Shown here: positions 11,193 to 24,600 of the stretch, in pieces
Position numbering within the stretch: the first letter of the stretch is position 1
Layout: every line of letters begins with the position of its first letter
NCBI GenBank assembly: GCA_004431415.1
Contig: QPMI01000668.1
Location: 1 to 64,000, forward strand
Source of the DNA: Cyanophora paradoxa CCMP329
Taxonomy: Eukaryota > Plantae > Glaucophyta
Reading direction: 5' to 3'
DNA length: 64,000 nucleotides
Notes under the pieces: generated by a model
Seen by the model: the letters and a program-made list of their open reading frames with translations, nothing else
Told to the model about the DNA's origin: nothing
Database searches by the model: none
Made by a program: the position numbers and the translations under genes

Positions 11193-14100
11193 CAGATATA
11201 TGCAGTCGCGATTTCGATTTTGATAAGAACGAAATTCGGAAACTTACAATTCAGTATGGCATTGTGACCGAGGTAAGTTCATTGTGTTTTTGATGTAATT
11301 CTTTTTTTTGAAAGTGATTGATCTTCAGAGTCATATTTTCCATCGTGGTAGATTGGTTTTCCTTGTATTTGAGGATGCCGCATCTGCGGATTTGTTTTAT
11401 GTACGTGTTGTGCGTGCCATGCTTTACTGCTGGTGTTGATCATAATGTGCGGCAGAGTCATGTGAATGACGACTTCGGGAATAAGTTCATCGTTTATTTT
11501 ACAACTGTGGAGGAGTTGAAGTACAGAAAGACATTGGATGAGATTTCTTCTTATGCAAATGACGGCAATGTGCTTCACCTGTACTTCACCTACGAGGTAC
11601 TGGCTATTTTGTTCGTAATTTCACGTGCATGACGCAACGTAGACTTGTGTCATATCTCTTTCTGAATTACGGGAGGTATTATTGTCTTTCGATATAACGG
11701 TACAATGTTTTTCTTTTTTTTTTCTCTTGTCAATGCGTTGCTCAGATGAGGGCCATATGTGTATTTCGGTATCGCGGTATCATACAAGCAAGGATTTCGT
11801 TCGCATCTTTTTTGGCCATGTCTAGTGCTCGAACATTTTTACGCGGGTAAATGAGCTTGTAATTTTATTTTGATAACTGTATTAACGCAATGAGTGTAGT
11901 TTCACGCATGTGCGCGTGTCGTGTTCAACGAATTCGGACATTGTGTCGGATTCTGTATACTTGAACGAGTACCAACTGTGGACGACTCCCGACTTCATTT
12001 GGCCAGAGCCCAAGAATAAATGTGCGTATGTTTATGGCGTTGATCATCGCTTTTATCCTGATTTATATCAGGTGTTCTGAGAATTGGCAAGACACCCGAT
12101 CGCCGCGATGATGCTGTGAATGTGGTGTTGATTGTATCAGACACTGTTTGTCGATATTTGCTGAAATCTCATCAAAAAGGTGAAATTCTTTAGATAATTG
12201 TTCGTATCTTGCTATACATGGGGTTTGACGTCATTTGTAGATATCCTGGAATTGGCCTACACTCCTGAACTTGACCCAAAATTCAATCCATATCCTGTGT
12301 CCCACAGATGTGGATTCTTTGATGATCTGGTTACGAAATGGTGGAAGTTGAACAAGAATCCACAGTCAGATGACGACAAGAAGCCTCATGCAATCAAGAA
12401 GTGGGAAGAAGCACGAGACAGCTTATTTCGTGCAATTGTCAATCGCGAGAGAGACTGTGAAGAGAAAGCTGGTCGTCCTCGTTCTGTTGAATTCTCATAT
12501 GATTTTTGCATCGATGACATCTTTGAAGATTTAACCATATACTCTCCATTGGGTACACTTAATTTTAGTAGTACGCTCGAACAATACAAGATTTGATTTT
12601 TATGTCTTCCATGTGCAGCCCGGGCTTTATTCGGGTGGCGTCGTCCTGTGATGTTGACATGTGCAACGGAGACATGCCTTTTCCAGGTGCATCGAAAATG
12701 ATGTTGTAATGATTTTCTTCTTTGCTGCTAATTTTTACCTGTTTTGAAGAGTCAACATCATGATGGAATTGCCATATCATGTGTTGATCTACGAATGGAG
12801 CAAGCGTATGTTCATCAAGAAGGCGAATCTCTGTTGTGGGATATGAACCTTGAAGCACATGATAATTTTTCATCACAATTAAACATGGTGCATGTTTTGC
12901 TGTTTTCGGTTCGTATTGAAATGAAATGCCATCAGATGAAGGGCTTCGCTTGTCGGGTGTGTTCTGGAGAATCAAAAATAGAGTGGTTAAATACAGCTGG
13001 TCCCCTTCCTCCAGCTGTTGCGATTCGATTGGACTGCCGCACATGTGGATTTCAGCTAATGGAACTTCCTCGAAGACTCATGGTTAGAACAAGTTGTATA
13101 TACTGTTCTATATTCGTGCTTATATTTTGGCGCAGTTAATGGAAGATATCTTTGGGAGCGATAAACGGGACATTGAGTACAATCTTACAAATGCCATTTG
13201 TAATTTCCCGGAACATAGAGATTCGTACAGTGTCTTGTGCATAGGTTCTTGGTTGACGACTCCTGGTGTGTGGGTCTACGATGATGTGCACTACAAGGGG
13301 AATCTGGTGTACTGTGGTGTCAATTTGGATGCAGTTGCTCTGGATTCTATTGATGGTTTCGACCTTCAACATGTCGAGTACCTTGTCTTCACCCGAACCA
13401 CCACTGAATACGACCATTGTTCAGGCAATTTGTCGAAATTGCCCAGAATCTTGGTCACACATGTTTCGTCCAAGTCGGTGCGATTGTTTTGTGAAGTTGC
13501 ATCCTATTTGCTCAAACAATTGTGCACAGAGCTCTGAGGACGAACGGGAACCGGAGTGTGCACCAGACATTGCAGATCCAACTCTAAGTCAGGTGGATCG
13601 CAAAGCTGCGAATACCATACAATGATGTGATATTCACGCTCGGGCAGAGCGCGAATGGCGATGAGGAGGAGGCACGCTACCCAGAAGATGACGTCAAAGA
13701 TGATGTCGAGACTCGCATGCAGCTGCAGGTGGAGAACGTGATTCGAGAGGAAGACGCACATCGGCCCCAAGAATCGCTAGAGGAAGCAGGCCGTGTGGAC
13801 GAGAGCAGTCGGCAGCAGCCCCTGTCGCAGGAGCAGGTGCGACGTGTTCAATAGTTTTCTGGGGGTGGAGCCGGGAAAATAGGGTGGTGATGGGGGAGAG
13901 GGGACATGGCTGCAGTGGTTTGTTTGACTTTTGACGCAGGAAGCGCCTGTGAACCGCAAGATTGAAGACTCTGGTGCTGTGGATGAGCTGGGGCAGGTGG
14001 CAGAGAGTTCAGGTCATTCACGCGTCGCTTCTGTCGGCCCTTCTGATGTGAACCATCTTGCCCAAGACCCGTTGTCGCCAGAGTGTGTGAACGAAGAAGA

Positions 14101-15000
14101 AACATATTTGAATGCTGGTATGTGTGATCGTCATCTTTAATTTGTTCTCCATACATCATGCTTACTCATTACAGATCTTGTCCGAGACAATGGAAGAAAG
14201 ATAATGCACCTTTCTTCAGTCATGTCATCGCTAGAACAAGAGAGTATGCACTATTTCAACTATCCAGAATTCTCGTTCTACTGTGTCAAGATGCAGAAAT
14301 GCTTGGCCTACCTCCAGAAAGCACGTTCAGCACGGTTGAACAGCATGGGTTCTGATCTTCATTCAGAAGTGGATGCGACAGCTACTTTGTTTGCAGATGC
14401 TCTCGCCAAGGAGCTGGAGTTCAGCATCCCATCAATGATGGGCACTGTTGCTTCCTTTTACAGCCAGAATGAAGTCGATGCTGCTATACTCGAAGCCGAG
14501 TGTGTGAACAAGCGTATGGCAAAATGTGTGGAGCTTACTGCTGTGATGTACGAACTGGACCAGGCAATGGCCGAAGTGAAGAAATCGAGCTTCAGTGCAT
14601 TTGCCACCTCAACAACGGTGTTCAACCAGTTGCAAACAAGGGACTACGTTGTGGCAGCACATATGGTGGTCGACAGCAGAAAGCTGGGCATGGAGTCATT
14701 GCGTCGAGCTCAACAGGTTTTGCAACGTAACAATGCCACCGTGTGGTGACAGAGCTCTCTACTTTCCCTGCCATCCCGTTGTTATCAACTGTGATAAGCA
14801 CCCACAAGTCATATTTTGCAACAGTCAAAAAGAATGTACAGAATTTCGTCAGTCAAGCTCAATTTTGGTGGGCGAAGGTCAGTGGAGCAGTTATTTCAGG
14901 GATTGAGGATGCATGTTCATGTCTACAAGATCAGTTTGATCCCCTGAGAATTCCTGTTTCCAGTGCAGGTATGCAATATTCAACATTCTCTTTGTCAAAA
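11193..15000 (+). CDS. Multi-exon coding region of unknown function in the Helitron (5' part cut off by the TIR element)
   Basis: Open exons (e.g. 12240-12575, 12744-13085, 13136-13620, 14204-14970) are separated by short GT..AG introns. Includes a CRVC..CRTC motif and acidic stretches. No family recognised. Confidence 0.5.
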
Positions 15001-15019
15001 TGTTGAATAAAAGACAGAT

Positions 15020-16120
15020 GAAGCATCCATGAGATCAAGAGACAAAGATGTCATACTTTTCAAATATGGAGATAAACCGATGAATCTCGAGGTATGTCTC
15101 ATTCAGTTCCAACATATTCGGTAATTAAAAAAAATCAGGTGATCTCTCGGCGGGATTGTCGATCAGTTGAACCAGATCGTTGGGTCACTGATGCTATAAT
15201 CGGGTTCTGGACCCAGTATGTTAACTCTTCCTTTGTGGTGATATATTATGTCTGACATCCGGGGTCAGGTATATGGAGACACTGTTCCCTAATGACAGTG
15301 TTCATGTTTTTGACACTAAGATGTACACGAAGCTGGTCAATGAGGTACGCATGTATTTTGCATCCGTGTAGAATCTATCAGATATTGCAACAACAGAAAG
15401 GCGTTACCGAATCTATGCTACGCAGGTTCAGAAAATGCGGAAATATACTGGACAAGAAGGCCGTGGGTGTCTTTATCAACATTCCAAAGTGAGTATGTGT
15501 TTCACTGTTGTCAATTTCAATTAATCCCACTGCACAGTTCCCATTATGTGTTTTGCGTCATGCTCAACTTCCAGAATATCTCTCGTGATGTGGAAGACGC
15601 TTCCATGGAACCGTGCATTTTGTGCTGCGACTCTTTAAAAGGCGAATGCGATTGGGCCACGATTTGTCAAAATTTGAAACTGTACGACACATTTCCTTTT
15701 TCGAGATTTCGAATCTAATATGGGTCTCAGTGCTTGGTTCACACTGTGGAATGATACATCCATGTACTCAGACTTTCTGCGAACTGCAGTCGATCCTCTT
15801 CGTAAAATTGAGTATGTGGACGTACAGGTACATGCTTTCAGACTTCGAAAAATTACGAAATGCACGTTGAATGAAAGCAGATGTTACAACAGTCCAACTA
15901 TTCCGATTGCGGTCCTTTTTGTATGAAACTGAGTCAACTCCTTCGTAATAAGTTGGACATTTTCCAGCCTTCGCGCACATCGACTGGGCTTTGGCTGTCG
16001 GTATTTCTTTTTTGTACTATAATATGATTTCAACTGATATCAGACAGCTCGAAAATCAGTTTGCTGCATCAGATATCGATGCTGTCCGATCCGAATTGTC
16101 AACGGTCATTCGGGAAAAGG
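15020..16120 (+). CDS. Ulp1/SENP (peptidase C48) SUMO-protease domain #1, spliced, Ulp2/SENP6-7-like
   Basis: Exon-stitched peptide: VISRRDCRSVEPDRWVTDAIIGFWTQ / VHVFDTKMYTKL / VFINIP-SHYVFCV / PCILCCDSL / LQQSNYSDCGPF, giving an H-D-Q-C catalytic set. Confidence 0.75.
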
Positions 16121-19104
16121 TACCAGTACTGTTTTATTAATGTCTTTCGTTGTTTCATATAATGTCCCATATGACACGCACCTTATCAGACAGCTATATA
16201 TATCGAATCCCAAATTGGAGACAGGAAAAGTGCAATGGTTGAGAGAAGTGAACAAATGAGACATCTAATCGCGAAATTGGTGCTCGTTTGTTACGTAAAT
16301 TGGTATGCCTTTAGGCTGACATTACAAATAGGCTGAGAACTCGACTCCTGGTTCATTATTATCGGGAAGTATCTTTGAACAGAGTGATATCATCCATACT
16401 GCCGTCAGCAGTCCACCTAGTGGCTCGGTCTGGAATGTCTCATGCACGATGTGTTCCACTGCACCTCTTCATACTCCTATCATTTTGGCACCGTGCTTGG
16501 CTGTCGATTTACGTGAACTGCTGCTATCGTCTGGACTACCTTTGCCTGGTTTGACGATGACAGATGCGTTTTTGAGGAGTAATGTATCCAAGATCAACGA
16601 GGCTCGGATGTTGCTTGCTTCTGCATCAGGTTGTTTTTGCTTTCAATGTATTGTGCATGAATTTATTGTGAAAGGTACTTACCTTTTACACGTGTAGTTT
16701 ATATTTTAATTTTACTGTGGGCAGGTTTCCATTCCTGCAGCCATTGTAAGCAAATGCACCCACCTGTGTGCAGTGTCGAAGGCACTATCGGTTTCTCGGT
16801 GTGCAGCTGGATCGATTCACGCATTCGGTTTGGAGAAAATCGAGAAGGTTTCTCACCCTATATTTATGTGTGTGTGTAAATGTTGACTTTGAGCTCAGAT
16901 ATTGGGATACTCAAATCACGGGATGCAGATATATCGGCCAGGCTACAAGCTGTTTTCAACCGATGTCTGACTTCAAAAACGGTAGTTCATGCTCCATCTG
17001 CGCCTGTTTTCGACGTTGCTTCAGAGCTACACCGTGACAGTCTTTTATCTGAGCAACAACACGACGACACCTTTTCGTTTGGTGGCGATGAAGATAATCA
17101 TGATTCGGTATTTGATATATTCCCGATGCTGAATTTCAATCATTTTCAGTGCTTTTTTGATTTACAAAGTTGTACAGGCCGGTATTCCTCCAATTGAGTC
17201 GTCCTCTTCTCAACGTATTGCTGCGGTTGAACCGCCCTCACGATTTCCATCGCAAACAGTCCCAGTATATGTTCGTGCACCGTCTTCACATTTGAATTCG
17301 TCTGCAAACTCAGGTCCATAATTTGCCTGCAATTGCAATACGCATTTTGTGTACTGCTATTTAAGATAGTATTTTCGACTCTTCAGATCAAGTGCCTCTT
17401 ACACATGCACCTGTTCATGAGGCTGCATCGCAATCACAAGGTGACACACAATCGTACTTATTATCGGCATAATTTAATTCCTCGTAATACAGTTCCTGCC
17501 GCCCCAAGACTTCCTTCCGAAGCTCCTCTCGAGGAGATTGGTCAGCCGTCTCAGCCTGATAGTGCACATGGACCCTCTTCAGAGTCGATTCGTGATGATG
17601 TTCCTCAACCACATACCGAGTCTCATGGTGATCTTGAACCTGATGCCGGAAATGAAATCTTTGAAGAGACCACCCTTTCTGACGGTTCTCATGAATTTTA
17701 TTCATTCGATTGGCGGTTTTGTTAAGCTATCGCAGCCCTGGAACAGAGCAAGCTTCTACATGATGTAACCATTGATAAGTTCCTCCAGTATTTCCCAACT
17801 TTCACCGATGACATGCCTGTTGTGGAGAATGAGCCTGCATCGGAGAGCAATCAGGAAGCAGCAGAAATCACATCCCATCCACAGAACGGCAAGCATGATG
17901 ATTCGTCCTTTCATTCTTGAAATGATACATATCCCGCGCAGTGATTTTGAAGCTGCTGTCAGTACCGTCAAATTCGTTGGCATCTGCGTCGGGCCCAGTA
18001 ACATCACATGGTTTTGTCATTGGCTCTTCAATTGATTCATCGGTGGTCAATATACTTGCTAAGGCATCGTCGGATGTGGCACTCAGAATATTTCAACTAA
18101 TGGCGGTGTTATCTCTCTTTCTGTATTCAGGGAGGGTTAAGTGTCTTCGAACCAGCTTTTCCAAGCAGCATCTTGCAAAGATAATCGCCAAAGGTGCAAA
18201 GTCGATTCAGAGTCAAGTGTCTAATCGGTGGAGCAAATATGGAGAAGCACATCTGTTTCGAGAGATTGAGATGACCATCAAGCATATATTCAACTTCAAA
18301 GAAGGAGGTAATGAGAAAGACTTCCTGAACAAGCGGATCCGAAAACTCTGCAGAGTACGGTTTTTTGTCTATTATTGAATGTGTGCGTAATGCTTACAAT
18401 GAATTCAGCTCGGGTATATTTTTGCAAGTCGACCAGGGCTCATGACATTGTTCACATCGAATCCTGACTCAAACGATATCTTCACTGCAAACACTCTCGT
18501 GAATTTGTTGCTGGACATGCAGAAACTGAATGCTTTCGAGCAAGTCAAACAATGCTTGATTGCACGTGGCGCAATCAATGGACGGCGTGTGGACGATCGA
18601 GTTTTTGACAGAGTAGTACTCTCTGAACTAGAGTTTTTGCCCACGAACGATGCTTGTTCAGAGTACGACTGGTTTTAGTATGTATTTCGTATACAAATTT
18701 CAGATCATAACAGCATTGCACCCAAATCACGAGAGATTGTTGATCTCTCCAGTAATGACCTTCTCTCTCTGCAATCACGAGAGATTGCTAATCCGTAAAC
18801 ATCTCCGTTTACTCGAATTACGGTGTACCCTGCTCGAAAAAGTGTACCCTTGCCTCCGAACTTGTTCTAGTTGCACTCAGCTACATCTCGATCCCGCAAT
18901 CTGTGGTGAGTGATTCTTCTACTGTGAACTTCATCTGTGCTTTGCGTACATGTGACAACCTCGGCAGAGTCGCCCTCATGCATGAACCCTGAACTAATTC
19001 AGTGTGCACTCCTGGCAACACTTATTGTGTGGTGCGTAATGTTCATTCTGCTTTTGTACTACCTCATGCTCACAGCGGTGCGTTGATGCTTTGTTCAGAT
19101 TATC

Positions 19105-20420
19105 ATGCCTAGACTACCTGCAGGAATTTTGGAAGGTGTCGACGTGGACACCCAGTCTCCTCCTTGTCCGAAGCCGTCATGCAAAGGAGGGAGATGCTTG
19201 CATTGCACGGCCCACTGTTGTCAGCCCAAAGATTTATGCAGACATGTGCGGGAACATCGGCAGGGTTCGCTTATTCGATACCAGTGGAACAAGAACAGTT
19301 GTTGGTTGGACACTCTTCTCCTCTTACTGGAAATTACCATTCTATCTCTTGCTATTCACGATTTAGCTCCGACAGTATCTGATGTAGACGAGGTGCACAT
19401 CATTGGTGCAAGTGTCAAACATCTCGTACTCAAGCTACTATCTGAACCTTTTGGAACTTCTGTTGACACTTCATATCTCAATTCTGAACGAGATTTCATC
19501 CGGGAAAAATTAACACCGCATCTGCTGCCTGCTGAATTCCGTGCCCAAAAAGAGCACATAGATTCATCATCATCCTTCAACATACTGGAAGCAATCGATC
19601 GTGTTGCATTTTTCTCACGCACAGGTGCTATACAATTCATATTCAATCAGAAACAGTACTATATTACTCATTTCGTACTATTCCTGCTTCCAGTCTCCAC
19701 TATTTTTGGTCTACATCGAACAACTGTCCGATCTTGTCAAACATGTGCCAGCTCTACAACCAATACATCCTGGCGGAATCATAATTATGTTCATGCTACA
19801 CCATTACCACATTACATAACGGATACTGATGACGGATTATTATGGCGGTTTGGAGATCAAATTGCTGCAACTTGTTTTACAACAACAACCGTGGTGCACT
19901 TCTATGTTCATTTTGTGCGCTTGCTTATCCTTACATGATTGTTACATAGGCTTCTTCAAACAGTCAGTGCCTTCAATGCAAAGCCGCACGTACCGCAGAA
20001 CGCTGCTATGATGAATTACCTCTGGCCTTTACTGTGGCTACTGCAAACGCTTCATATGAGTTGCAAAACTTTCCCACGTCATTACTAGTGTGTTACTTGC
20101 ACACTAATTCAAGTATGTCGTAATTTCAATATCTGACAGTGGGTGTGCAGGTTCCAGATTTTTCCTCACAACATCATGTATTCAGGGAATACTGCCTCTC
20201 GACAGTGGTTGGGTTTCCTCGTCAGAATCACTACAATTGCATATTTTCAACTTCTATTCAGGGGCAATCTGGAATCTTTCTGTATGACGACCTGGCATCA
20301 GTGGGCACAAATGGAAGTTTGCAGTACATCGCACCTACGTTCAATTCTCTTCAACATACCCCATGTGCCAAATTCAAGCTTGCTGATATTGCTGCCTTGG
20401 TCTTCACGAAAACGAGCAAC
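19105..20420 (+). CDS. USP-fold cysteine protease domain (USPL1/C98- or C19-like), preceded by a Cys-rich segment
   Basis: Cys box YQWNKNSCWLDTLLLLL (~19280), CQTC..CLQC zinc pair, His box NHYNCIF...FLYDDL (~20230-20295). Confidence 0.6.
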
Positions 20421-20551
20421 GTTTCAAGTACTGTAACAGCTAATCATATATCTATTAAACGGAAAAATCATCTTCCGGAAGGTGCTGTTTTTCCAAAAGA
20501 TGCTGTTATTCCGGGTGCAATTCCTACCAATAGAGGTGCAAGACATCATTC

Positions 20552-21400
20552 ATGTTCACTAACATTTTTTTCTCTTACCGATCTTCAGCTTCGCATTCGA
20601 CGAAGCAAAAATTTATTGGAGTCGCTGATTCGATTGAACTCGACAGCACTGAACGGACGCGTATAACAACGAATGGTTGGTTTACCGGCAATATTATAAA
20701 CTACTACATTGGGCTTCTTAACGATGAACATCGGAGCTTTCGTATACCGCAAGCCAGAACGCATGTTGCTGTGGACACTCTGTTCCTTCCTCGATTGGAA
20801 GGAATGAATACAGGGATGTGCGGAATCTATACTGCTGAGCAAGCACTGCAGAAGTATGAACTCCGTGATCTCTTTCAACTTCACAATCTCCTCATCCCAT
20901 TGAATGTTCGGAACCAACACTGGGTATTGATTGTCATCAATATGCACGACTTCAGTGCCATATGGTTGGACCCTCTCGAATCTCAAGAATATACACCTTT
21001 CGAATTTCGTCAATCACGCATGCGCATCATTCATACCTTCCTCATGCAATCGTGGTCGTTACTATATGGTCATACCCCATTTCCAGGATCGAACTCCCTG
21101 ATCGTCGCCACGTCACCTACATCCTACCTGCCATCGTTCCTGTATCCATTCCAACCCAATTCCTTCGACTGCGGACCTTTTATCTGCATGTACATGAAGA
21201 TGTGCATGCGAAATTCGCAGATGCATCTTAGTAACGTTCATCTGGGCGGATTTCTCAGCACTCACGGGCCCATGGTTCGAGACGAAATCATGGAATCCAT
21301 TAATACCAACACTATCATTCGAACTGGCAACCGTTACAATGGTGCATGTGTTGTCGTTCCTAGCACGCTGTTCACACTGAAACACGTCCCTAGTGTTTAA
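20552..21400 (+). CDS. Ulp1/SENP (peptidase C48) SUMO-protease domain #2
   Basis: GWFTGNIINYYIGLL ... LLIPLNVRNQHWVLIVI ... WLDPL ... QPNSFDCGPFICMY. Confidence 0.85.
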   Translation: MFTNIFFSYRSSASHSTKQKFIGVADSIELDSTERTRITTNGWFTGNIINYYIGLLNDEHRSFRIPQARTHVAVDTLFLPRLEGMNTGMCGIYTAEQALQKYELRDLFQLHNLLIPLNVRNQHWVLIVINMHDFSAIWLDPLESQEYTPFEFRQSRMRIIHTFLMQSWSLLYGHTPFPGSNSLIVATSPTSYLPSFLYPFQPNSFDCGPFICMYMKMCMRNSQMHLSNVHLGGFLSTHGPMVRDEIMESINTNTIIRTGNRYNGACVVVPSTLFTLKHVPSV

Positions 21401-21499
21401 TACAAGTCAATATTCAAGAACTAAAGTGGATCCCGTCGTCTCCCCCATGAAATCTACTACGTCATGTGACAACACTCGATCTACAAAACAAGATAGCAG

Positions 21500-21630
21500 A
21501 AGGTTCTATTGTGGATTTCCAGCTTGCAAGAAAATCTGCTTCTCCACATTAAACGAACTACATCAACACCTGAAAGGTGAGTTGTCCCCCGTTGCTCTCC
21601 TCCATGCTAATTATATTGCGTAGAACATAG
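21500..21630 (+). other. C2H2-type zinc finger upstream of Rep
   Basis: FYCGFPACKKICFSTLNELHQHLK, intron, then EH. Confidence 0.5.
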
Positions 21631-21687
21631 TTCGGAGACTCTTTCATTGCAGGACAGGAATCTGGTGGACATCGAATTGAGCAGTTC

Positions 21688-24600
21688 GTGTATATTACAA
21701 AAGAGTATTTCCTTCTTAATATTTTTGCAGTTCTCCAACGAAAGCAACGCGAGTTGGAGAAAAAGGAAATTCGTGCGAACACAAGTGATTTACCATTCGA
21801 CGTGACAGAAGAACAGCTGTCGTCGGCAGCGCAACGAATGTGGGATTTCCGCGAAGACAAGGCCAAGTTATTTAACGCAGAATTTTCAGCCGTATCTACG
21901 TACTGCATATGCGCTGTCTGCGGAGAACGAAAACCATCTACCAAGTTTCTGAAACAAGACAAGAATCGAATGTACTCTTTGCACAATGCCATTTTCCTTC
22001 CCTTGTTGACTGCCATTGAATCTTCGCAAGTGCGTTCTTTTCTTCCGTTTCTAACGATCATTTTCTCATGCTGTTATCGCATGCAGCGCCAATCTTCGAC
22101 CCAAATTCCTGCAGAAATCGTACACATACTTTTTTACCCAACAATTGTTTCATTACTGAAAACGCTTCAGGTGGCCCAACTTCTTCATGCAGCTGGCATC
22201 GCCCACAACAACGTATTCCATCCTCATGACATCATTCAAGATCGTTTGAATTCTATTATTCGTTCAAATGTCGGTCTGGTGCGCGTTGTATACACTGTCT
22301 TATCCAATTGTGAGTTTTCACGATCACTGCATCAGGAAACTGATCTTCGAATCAAGAATCTGTCGTCTTTTACAGCACAAATGTGTGCCTCATGTCGTGA
22401 GTGTTTGCAAAAAGACAATAAACCTCCAAAGTTCTGCAAGGCCACTGGTTTCGATTTTGGCGATATACCTCCCGAACTTGCAGAACTCACGGTACGTTCA
22501 CATGATTTCACATGTCCACTCTACACTCATCCCTGTTTTTGAATAAAAGGAGGCAGAGGCTCGGACAATCTCAATAGTGCTAGTCACTTCTACACTGATT
22601 CCTACTATTGGTCGTCAAAAGGCGAGTCGAGGGTGCACCATGACTTTCATCAACGACATCCCAGAATTTTGCAAAAAGCTTCCCCGACCAGAATCAGACA
22701 TACAAATGGTGTGGATCAGGTAAACGACACCTCATTAAGTAATGCGCGCACACTATTAACTTTGGATCAGATATCCAGGAACTGCTGCAAAGATGCCATG
22801 CATGGCAAATTTGCGACCTGACAAAATCTGGAGTGCTTTGATTTGGTTGAAAGACCACAATCCTTTGTACTGCGATGTCGAAATCGACGAAGACCTACTG
22901 AACTCATGGAGGCACAAACATGTCATATCAATACCAATTGCAGAAGCAAATGATGATCTCAACAATGATGTTTCAGCAGATGCGGCAGATGATGGACTCG
23001 AACAGCAACCACGAGCTGATCGTGGCGAGAATGTAGCAGAAGACGAACTTCCTGAGATAAGTGACCACTATCTGATTCCTACACCTCCTGCCAAGGGGAT
23101 GCCAGAAGATGTTGCCATGGCCTTTATCCGGAAAAAGTGCGGTTCTAAGGTACAGAACTATTCTTTTCCCCTCATTTTCAAATCTGATAATATCCAAATC
23201 TGGAAACAAATGACACTGGTTACGATCCAACCAAAGTCCACATATTCAACGCCAAGTCTGACCTCGAAATGTGCAAAGAGTACGAGGAGGGAGATCTGTT
23301 CGCATTGGCGTTTCCTGTTCTTTTCCCATACGGCCGTGGATCTTTCTTGAAATGGAAAAGAGGACCAGTCATTGCACATCAGCGAGAATACTTCGCATAT
23401 CTCCTGCGATTTTTCGACTACCGCTTTCAGCGATGCGCTCCATTTCTCTTCTTTGCACACGACCTCCTCCAACGGCATAAAATAGGTCATTCCAGCTATT
23501 CATTGCCATATCTTTACCATTTCCCACGATTTTCTAACGTTTCCCAGATGGCATTGCGTCTACTGTCTCCAGAAAATTGGAAAACAGTCCAATCAGTTTT
23601 TCGTCCCTCCCATCGAAGACCGATTTAATGGATGCTACCACTCAATGGAAATTCAAGCAGGCTGCACGGGATTTTCTCACGTCCTTGCAGCCATATTGGT
23701 CGACGTATGTGTATGAACTTGACATTGCCCTTCAGAATTTGACTCTCTTCTCAGTGTTAAAGGATCTCCGGGAGAGATGAAAGAAGCCAGGCAGAAGGCT
23801 TTTGGAATGCTAGAAGGCTCTGCTATGCCTCACATACGAGTGCCTACGATTTTCTCCACTACGTCCCCTGCTGATATTTTTTGGCCGGAGTTTTTTGTTG
23901 CATGCGGATATGCATCTTCCATCGAAGATGCCAAAAATCTATCCAGCTGACGTAGATTTCAGGCCCTCTCCGAGTTTCCAGCCCTTGCAGCGGAGATTTT
24001 CATGAATCGGTGGGACCTAATGCTTCATGTTGCATTCGGAGGTACTATGCCGTTGTAAATTTACTTAAGTCATGTTCGTTGCTTACCTGATTCCCAGCTG
24101 ATAAGACAAGGACAACAAATCGCCCAGAAGACAGATATGGCATCCTTGGTGACATTCAAGATTTTTTCTGGAGGGTCGAATGTCAGACCAGAGGAAGCCT
24201 TCACGTTCATGCCATCATGTGGTCAGTCTTATGGGGATTTTCACGTGACGACATCATCAACCTGCAACGGAACTGGAAGGGAAAGGAGAATACCATGCTA
24301 GTCTCGGATCCGGTCGATTCCAACATTGCAACCTACAGTCAAGATGGCAGAGAGCTTCTTGCTAAAATACTTGATTTATATCTGTCATGCATGTTACCAG
24401 ATGGCACACCTACACACACCAGCGAAGAACTCAGTGGGGTGATTTCAGCCCCTGTCTTTCTGTTCTGTTCCCTTTGCAATCTGTTCCAATGACCACATCG
24501 TTTACAGAACCCCCATTTGCATCCATCCGCCAAGCCATACGTCCCAGCCGACAGTCCGATGGATCCTGCCCGACTCCAGGACACAGTTGACTTGGTGACT

